Under the pieces are notes generated by a model. That model did no database searches and was not told the DNA's origin. It worked only from the letters and a program-made list of their open reading frames with translations. A DNA stretch of 64,000 bases from Octopus sinensis (lineage: Eukaryota), in contig NC_043022.1 in NCBI RefSeq assembly GCF_006345805.1, positions 15,190,001-15,254,000 on the forward strand. The letters are read 5' to 3'. Positions within the stretch are counted from its first letter, which is position 1, and each line of letters begins with the position of its first letter. A program made the translations under genes and the position numbers. Shown here in pieces: positions 55,185-64,000 of this stretch.

Positions 55185-55388
55185 ATATTAAAAGAAAAAA
55201 ACAGGATGCAAAGGATTTTGCGGTACATATGTTTCTGGCTTTATTGAGCATGTGGTAATTGTACGCGGCTGAAGAAGGCTGTTGACCTACATGTTATATC
55301 AACTAGGCATTGATATAAATTGCTCGATAAAGCCAGAAACATATGTACCGCAAAATCCTTTGCATCCTGTTTTTTTCTCTTAATATAT
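55185..55388. repeat. Inverted repeat (about 65-bp arms, 70-bp spacer)
   Basis: acaggatgcaaaggattttgcggtacatatgtttctggcttt and its reverse complement. Confidence 0.85.
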
Positions 55389-55913
55389 CCTATCACCTAC
55401 ACCACTAACTGGCATATACAGGTGCTTACAGTTATCAAGTATTCACCCTGAAATTTTTGTATATATTTATATATATATATAAACAAAGTCAAAGTGCGAT
55501 AAAATAAAATTAATTATTATCGCTGGTGTTTCTAGCACAGGCCATATATTATTCATATATAAGTACATTAAAGGGCAAAGTATGTGCTAGAAACACAGAA
55601 GCTTGATAAATTTAGTGATATTATATATATATATATATATATATGCATTATAAATTTGTGTTGCAAGGTTCCTGGTGTAAAAAACTGTGTGTTGAAACAG
55701 ACATTATATTTCAAGAAGGTCTTTTTTTTCTTCTCCTGGACAGAATGGACGAAGCGGAGCAGGGGGAATACACAAAGACGAGGTCACAGATGTGTCATGA
55801 AAGATTTCCAGACAATGGACATCGGTTAAGATAAGAACAGTAATAAAGGACTAAAGAACGAATATAATAGTGCATGTGTGATTATTTGGCAAAAAAAAAA
55901 CACCATCCTGAAA

Positions 55914-55978
<65 letters not shown>

Positions 55979-56354
55979 CACACATATACATACATTTATA
56001 CACACACACATATATATAAATTTAATGAATTTATTAAAAACAATTTAACATTAGAAATACTAAATTTCTAAATCTCTCATAGAGACATGTACGGTGGTGG
56101 GGCGATAGAATAGTTGTATACTGTCAATCTAACACGAACGTGACAGTAGGGGGTACACCACCGCTGTTTAGCCCTAGGAAGCATCGACGCCTCCTGATGG
56201 CTTTGACATTAAACTGTAGAATTATTCGATGCATTTTAGCATAATTCAAATTTTTGTACTTTCACAAGATGAACTTTGGTAGCGACCTCCATTAGACTAT
56301 GACTACAATGAAACATCAATCGTAAAAGTATTATATATATATATATATAATATA

Positions 56355-56402
<48 letters not shown>

Positions 56403-57196
56403 ATACATATATATACATACATATATAATATATACATACATACATATATATACATACATAATATATATATACATAATATATATATATACATACATATATA
56501 TACATATCATACATTATATCTATACATAATATATAACATATACATCATATATATACATATACATACATATATATACATATACATACATATATATATTATA
56601 TATATATACATACTATAGATATACAGACTATATACATACATATATATATATTATAGATATATAGTACATCTATATATGTGTGCGTGTGTGTCTATATATA
56701 AAAGAAAGTGCTTGTGTGAACATATTCATGAGGTACTTCGTGTCACTCTGATCCTACCTGAGAACTACATTAAGGTTACATGTGTCTGAGGAATACTCGG
56801 TCACTTATGTATTGAGGGATGGGTCATTCTATTTATTGAGTAAGTGAATCAGCATAGTCAGACGACGAATGCTAAGTCCATCTCAAGTGAAGAACTTCAG
56901 AGATAACAAAACAGGGGCAATTCTAGGACGACGTGGGTTGATCACTTGAAAAATAATCTCTTGTAATTTCATGTCCTAATTTCATGTCCTAATTCTGCAT
57001 CACCTAATTCCAGCTTGACATGTCTGAACCATTTCCTATGGAGTTTCACCGGTGAGGGTCATTATCCAGCTTAAAATAAACTATTGATATGCTTTACAGA
57101 TAAATCTATTTAACAACAAAAGCAATTTTGTTCTATATTTAAGAGATGAGGAATTCTTTCCTTTGACGGATATTTGTCCTCATCTTGTTTGTTGCT

Positions 57197-57242
57197 AACA
57201 CAACGTTTCGGCTGATGTACCTTCCAGCCTTCATCAGGTGTC
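57197..57242 (-). ncRNA. Minimal type I hammerhead motif with loopless palindromic stem III
   Basis: GACAC-CUGAUGA-A-GGCUG-(10 nt)-CAGCC-GAAAC-GUU/GUGUU; one extra A between core and stem II. Confidence 0.65.
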
Positions 57243-57620
57243 TTAGGGAAATTTTGAACCTGGGTTCTCATTCTTAAGGTATTTTTTTATGTTGTTATTA
57301 TTATTATTATTATTATTGTTGTTGATGTTCAGGTCACAAGCAGTCACCTGAACAATAATAATGTCAAAGCAATTTTGTTTTTGGATTTGGTTTGCAAGAT
57401 TCTTTATATGAATTCGTGTGTTGAAGCATATTTTATTGTGTCTGGGGAGAGTCATTCTCTTTTTGTGCCTTATAATATAACACACTCACCGGTAAAATTT
57501 CCACTTATTTCTTTTATATTTTACTAAAATTTTGTTGCGTCTTGCAACCTTTTCAATACTTTTGACACTGTCTGTAATTCAAGCTGCATTCTTTTTGTTT
57601 GGTCGTGCGCATGTGTGGGT

Positions 57621-57660
<40 letters not shown>

Positions 57661-57663
<3 letters not shown>

Positions 57664-57933
57664 AAATACATAGAAGGTGCTTGCAAAGACATGAACATGA
57701 CGTACATAGGGGAGACATCTAGGAGCATAGCAGAACGACTAAATGAACATCTGAGAGAATATGACGACAAAAGACAGTCCTCCATACTCTACCAACATGC
57801 CAAGGACCAACATGGAGGCAACCTGGGTCAACTTGACATCCACATCTTATCCAAGGACCCAACACTCAGACAAGTACAGGAGTATCTCCTCATAAATGAA
57901 ACCTCCCCAATGCTAAATAGGAAATATACATAG
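57661..57933 (+). mobile_element. GIY-YIG endonuclease remnant of a Penelope-like retroelement
   Basis: Translation includes C-K-D-M-N-M-T-YIGETSRSIAERLNEH and DPTLRQVQEYLLINETSPMLNRK, the usual pattern of PLE GIY-YIG domains; no RT domain upstream. Confidence 0.8.
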
Positions 57934-58134
57934 TAAATACCATACCCCCATACCCACAGTTTACACAAGTAGAGTAGAATAGTTAGTGGACTGTTAAGTA
58001 GATAGATGTATGTGTGTGGGTGTATGTATATGTATATGCACATGTATGTAAGCATATGGATATGAAAGTAAATGCATAGGTTATACGTACAGACAAGCAC
58101 AAACACAAATTGAGACTGAAACGCATGATCATAT

Positions 58135-58380
58135 ATACACACACACACTTTACTTCACACAGGGACACATATGGAGACACACGTCCCCACATACGGAGAT
58201 GCACATCCATACATACAAACATGGGACATAGTTGCAAAAAGCCCCACATACACACACACACACTTTACTTCACACAGGGACACATATGGAGACACACGTC
58301 CCCACATATGGAGATGCACATCCATACATACAAACATGGGACATAGTTGCAAAAAGCCCCACATACACACACACACACTC
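58135..58380. repeat. Two tandem copies of a roughly 120-bp unit
   Basis: tttacttcacacagggacacatatggagacacacgtccccacata...gttgcaaaaagccccacata occurs twice. Confidence 0.85.
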
Positions 58381-61169
58381 AGACATGCACATACAAGCAG
58401 ACAGAGGTATACACACACACACACACACACAAACACATGAATATGCAGAATACATACATACAAATGTATACACATACATATGCATACACGCATGCATGCA
58501 TGCATGTGTGTATGTATGCATGCATACACACACACGCATACACACATGCATACATATGCATACACACACGCACGCGCGCGCGCACACACACACGCACACA
58601 CATACATACATATGCATATGCACACCAACACTGACCCACACGCATGCGCACAAACAAGCAAAAAGAATGCAGTGTGAATAACGGACAGAGTCAACAACTT
58701 TTGAAAAGGTTGCAAAGATGCAACGGAAATTCCAGAAAAATAAAGAAGGAAATGAGTGGAAATTTTACCGGTGTGTGTGTTAAATTATAAAAGTACTCAA
58801 AATTGAAAACAAGACTAAAAAAAAAACACGGGCGATAACTTCTTTGCAAGGTCGATAACTCTCGTTGTCTTGCAGCTGTTTGTAAGGGAGATAATTCTGT
58901 CGTGACACCCGGAAAAAGGAGTGTATATTTTTGCCGGAAAGTGGTGTGAAGGCCTAATTTTTATAACTGAAAGTACCCGGCTCAGTAAACAGTGGATTAA
59001 ATTACTTGCAGTATAATACTGGCAGACATTTTAAAGACTGCGCAAAAGGGAACAGCGAGAAGCATTTGTAATAATAGAAAAGAAGCTATCACAACCGGAA
59101 ATATGTGTCCACTAAACTGCCTGACGAAACAACACACAGGAAAAAAAAGTCATCCGTGTCAATCTTATAACAACAGCGTCGGCCCCTTTTTAGGGGACTG
59201 TATTTTACAGATACCAATACTACAGGATTAGCAGAAAAAAAAAAACGCAAAAGAGCAGATTACTTTAATTAAACAGAATCTGTTTGTTTTCTGTGGTTTA
59301 TTAAAGCCACACAGTAAGCCCTTCTTTTTAGATATTTGCATGGATCAGTGGCCCCTACGTTAGATTTTTATGGGAATTTATTACAGGGGGCAAGGACTTA
59401 TGTCAATTTCTTTATTGCCCACAGGGGGTTAAACATAGAGGGAACAAACGAGGACAGACAAAAGGATTAAGTCGATTACATCGACCCCTGTGCGTAACTG
59501 GTACTTAATTTATCGACCCTAAAAGGATGAAAGGCAAGTCGACCTTGGCGGAATTTGAACTCAGAACGTAATGGCAGACAAAATACCGCTGAGCATTTCG
59601 CCTGGCGTGCTAACGATTCTGCCCTTATATTGGACCTAGGTACATCAGTTACCACAAAATTAAGTTTTTATTGTGGTGTGGAGGCTTGCATGTTTCAATG
59701 ACCCTCAGAGCTTTGCCAGTGTAATGCAAGCTCCTGGTAAGGCCTCTCATGCTGGACAAGTCAAAGGTTAGGAGCCAAACCAATATGAGTCACCCCCCTC
59801 TTGCAAGAGGTAAGTATGGGTTTGCGAAGGGCCAAAATCCCTACCCAGAAAACGAGTCACAAACGGCATTGATAACTATTGTAGACCAACAAGACCTGGA
59901 AGAAGAAGGCCTTTCTTCAGGGAAACCAAAACCTGAAAGGAAACTGCATGAAAGAAGCAGGGATTCAACTGCAGAGAAGCAGAAGAGACAATTCCGCTTC
60001 TCTGCAGAACAGTGAAGACAAAATCCTCAATGGCCTATGTTCCACTTTGGCACATCAACTGTCCGGTTTTCTGCTCACTGACAGCACAATACTCAACTCA
60101 TATTTTAACTCCTTTTTTTTTTTTTTGTCTCTGATATTTAGTATTAAAATGCAGTTCCCGGTCTGAATATTTCACTTTTAAGAAAAGTCCTGATCCCTCT
60201 AAAAGTTCAAAACTGCCCCACCCCACCCACCCACAGCATTCCTTCACATTTGCCGCTCCCTTATGGGGTCGCGAAGCCCTCAAACAGATACTGCTAACCA
60301 CGTTAGAAACCACTGGCTTTCAACGAATGCTCACACGGACATCTGAGTCTGTCCGTTTAACTGAGAGAAAATTACAGCCTTTCACTTTTGCCCGACATTT
60401 ATTTACATGAAACACATACAAATACACACACGCGTAGACACATGCATATGAATGTGAACATGTGGCATATGAGCACATGTATTCACATGACACACACAAA
60501 GCCTGACAACGTGGCACACATATATACACACCAAATACAAACACACATATGACACACACATGTACATGCACACACACAGAAACAGATTGAAGCTGACTGA
60601 ACATGTGGTTGCATGAATTTTACGATATGGAATGGCTGTGTTTTATGCTGGCACCATCATGAACGGGTTCGTCCCATGTGGGAGGATAACAGAATCCCCT
60701 CCATGTTCTCCCTCCACTCACACTGATGTTTTTAAAAAGAAAAGGATTGTCACAATGGTTAATGCAGACCAAGGTATACAAAAAGACAGGATGGTCACGG
60801 TTGGATAGGTCTGCTTCACCAGGCTTTGAAACAACAAACAACATTACAAACACACACACAACATATACAATTACACCCCTCATACACATGCACTCACACA
60901 TACACCTGACTCATCCCACATGAGCCCATTACACCCCACACACACCAAATACACACTACACACAGCTATTACACACCACACACACACACACACACACCAC
61001 ATGTTACAAGAAAACAGAATTGGGGGAAAAAAACAATGAAGTTCTATAATTTTATCAAAGGAAATTATGCAATAAAAACAAAGTCCAACATTGAAAGACA
61101 ATTAATAACAATAATAATAATAATAATGATAATAAAGAACAAGAAGAAGAAGAAGAAGAGCAGACTTAC

Positions 61170-61292
61170 ATTGAAAGAGGTAATCTTCTGTATTTTGATC
61201 CGGATTATCACTGCCAACAACATCAAAAGGCGACCGGCCCGCCAACATCTCAAACATTAGAACACCAAGGGCCCACCAATCAACACTAAAAT
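61170..61292 (-). CDS. PRKCI: aPKC exon: (D)[40 protein letters not shown]
   Basis: Acceptor atttcag|ATTTT and donor CAAT|gtaagt; 123 nt, phase 1 to 1. Carries the aPKC-specific [13 protein letters not shown] segment. Confidence 0.97.
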
Positions 61293-61398
61293 CTGAAATG
61301 GGATGAAAAGAGAGAAAGTGAGAGAGAGAGAAAGAGAGAGAGAAACGACCATAAATGGTCATTTGTGATAGGAGGAAAAATGTGGATGGTTGACTCTA

Positions 61399-62006
61399 CA
61401 GTAATCCCTCGACTATCGCAGGGGTTATGTTCCAAACCCCACACCACCACAATAGGTGAAAATTGGCAAAGTAGAAAATCAAAATCAAAATCGATCAACA
61501 TCAATGGAAATTGTAGCTGTGATACCAGTGCCGGTGGCATGTAAGAGAACCATCTGAACGTGGCCGTAGCCAGCGCCACCCCGACTGGCCTCCGTGCCAG
61601 TGGCACATAAAAAGCACCATCCAATTGTGGCCGTTGCCAGCCTCGCCTGGCACCTGTGCTGGTGGCACATAAAAAGCACCCACTACACTCTTGGAGTGGT
61701 TGGCGTTAGGAAGGGCATCCAGCTGTAGAAGCACTGCCAGATCAGACTGGAGCCTGGTGCAGCCTTCTGGCTTCCCAGACCCCAGTTGAACCGTCCAACC
61801 CATGCTAGCATGGAAAGCGGACATTAAACGATGATGATGATGATAAAAACCGGACTGTACTGTATATATTTTATTATTTTTATAATTTGTATATATTTAT
61901 TTTACTATAAATGCAAAACATCATAGAGGAATCAATGTAAGCTTAAATAATAAACAGCGACAGGTGAACCATGACAGGTAAACCGCAAAATGGCAAAGGA
62001 TTACTT
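61399..62006. mobile_element. pogo/Tigger-like non-autonomous element split by a SINE insertion (61515-61843)
   Basis: TA|CAGTAATCCCTCG ... caaaggattactt|TA. Confidence 0.55.
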
Positions 62007-62429
62007 TATACAGAGTATATGTAGATATATGCACACAATATACTGCCGGCATCGGTTGTTAGTTGTCGGAGCACTGCATCCTTCAAAACTTCCATGCTTC
62101 CTGAGATTCGCCAACACTACACTTGATTTTCTCCCCTCCATACACACACAAGCATGTTCACTTTCCAGACATTTCTGCATTATTGCATGTACTTTATATG
62201 CACTTTCTGACAAGTTGTGGTGCACCTGAGCACTGTATACAATAATTTCATTATTATTATTATTATTATACAACATATGTACACGTACACAGTATACATA
62301 CATATACACAACATATAGACACACAGTATACATATATACATACAGAATACATGTATACATATATATACAAAAGTATGCAATGGACATACAGAAAATATAC
62401 AGACATATACATACAAGCATACATATATA

Positions 62430-62462
<33 letters not shown>

Positions 62463-62471
62463 CTTTATATA

Positions 62472-62633
62472 ATTAGGGTTCAGCAAAAAAATCTACTTTA
62501 CCACACACCAAACTTTTAGAAATAGCAGCCAAAGAATTTAGCTATTTCTCTACTATAAGAAGAGCCAATTCTTTGGCTGCTATTTCTAAAAGTTCGGTTT
62601 GTGGTAAAGTAAATTTTTTTTACTGACCCTAAT
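62472..62633. repeat. Inverted repeat element
   Basis: attagggttcagcaaaaaaa...gaaatagcagccaaagaatt mirrored on the right; a single-arm relative sits at 20140-20230. Confidence 0.8.
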
Positions 62634-62745
62634 CATATAACGTAATGTTTTAAATATACCGTAAATGGTCTTTTTACATACTAAACACTACTTGGTAAAA
62701 TTATTAATTAATAATTAATTAATTTTACCCTTATTATTATTGACA

Positions 62746-62776
<31 letters not shown>

Positions 62777-62900
62777 GACTTATAGGCATACAGTATCTCA
62801 ATATGCAACCCTAGTATGTTACAAAGTGTGTTGAACATTTTTTGTAGATCAATACTATGTACTACTGTGTTAGCAGTGCATTAAGATCACATGTTAAGGT

Positions 62901-62941
<41 letters not shown>

Positions 62942-63018
62942 GCTGTCTAGCGGCTCAATAAGATATTGAATTCTTGGTTGTGGAACCCTCAGCCATCATT
63001 TACGACAAGAGAGTCCAC

Positions 63019-63069
<51 letters not shown>

Positions 63070-63176
63070 ACACATACACACACATACACACACATACACA
63101 CACACACACACACACAAATGCACATGCAATGCATGCAAGTGCTAGGTGCATCATCAACATCGATTCACCCACTTAC

Positions 63177-63261
63177 CATATGGCTCGCCCCGGAGTATTT
63201 CCGGAGCAATATAATTTGGTGTCCCACAAAATGTGTTGGTTTCTCCTCCAAACAACCCTTC
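63177..63261 (-). CDS. PRKCI: aPKC exon: activation loop, [28 protein letters not shown]
   Basis: Acceptor ctttcag|GAAGGG and donor TATG|gtaagt; 85 nt, phase 0 to 1. Contains [12 protein letters not shown]. Not in the ORF track; read by hand. Confidence 0.95.
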
Positions 63262-63600
63262 CTGAAAGTTAAAAACAAAAAAAGAAACATTAAAATAAAA
63301 CTTCTTTTACCAAAATTAAGTCAGAAACCTTATATTAGATATTTACACAGGAAAACCCTATTTTAATGAAAAAGGGTGTCTCTGGTTGGGTGCCCTTCCT
63401 CATGCCAACCCATTTTACATAGTGCAATGGGTGTTTTTTTTTTTTAGGTACCTGGCACCAGAGAGATTGTGAGACTCCTGACAAGACTAAAGGGCTTTCA
63501 GCAGGGGCCCTCCCTACCCAACATTGTCTACATATATTTGTTGACCCCTCCACTCACTATATACAGCAGTGGTTCTCAACAGGGGCCCAGATGACATTCA

Positions 63601-63999
<399 letters not shown>

Positions 64000-64000
64000 G

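Overview
AT-rich, microsatellite- and SINE-dense animal genomic DNA. The repeat families look like those of a coleoid cephalopod, probably Octopus (inferred from repeat style, not from a search). The only solid gene is the 3' half of an atypical protein kinase C (aPKC, PRKCI/PRKCZ family) on the minus strand. It has six GT-AG exons: 63863-63778, 63261-63177, 61292-61170, 13863-13784, 11937-11732 and 10484-10397. They splice in frame to [64 protein letters not shown]...[17 protein letters not shown]...FLNK-NPKERLGC...[35 protein letters not shown]. One intron is 47.3 kb; the other four are 0.5-1.9 kb. Two things stand out. (1) About ten hammerhead-ribozyme motifs, intact or decayed, from several sequence families. 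Two occur as back-to-back pairs inside palindromes (9.5 kb and 34.4 kb), one pair showing a compensatory base change, and one lies next to a Penelope-type GIY-YIG remnant. (2) Frame-compatible candidate alternative exons inside the giant intron: an ATG-bearing exon at 31.5 kb that would give a 149-aa C-terminal-only aPKC, and a 222-nt symmetric cassette at 49.5 kb. Most long ORFs in the supplied track are translated (TA)n/(TACA)n repeats.
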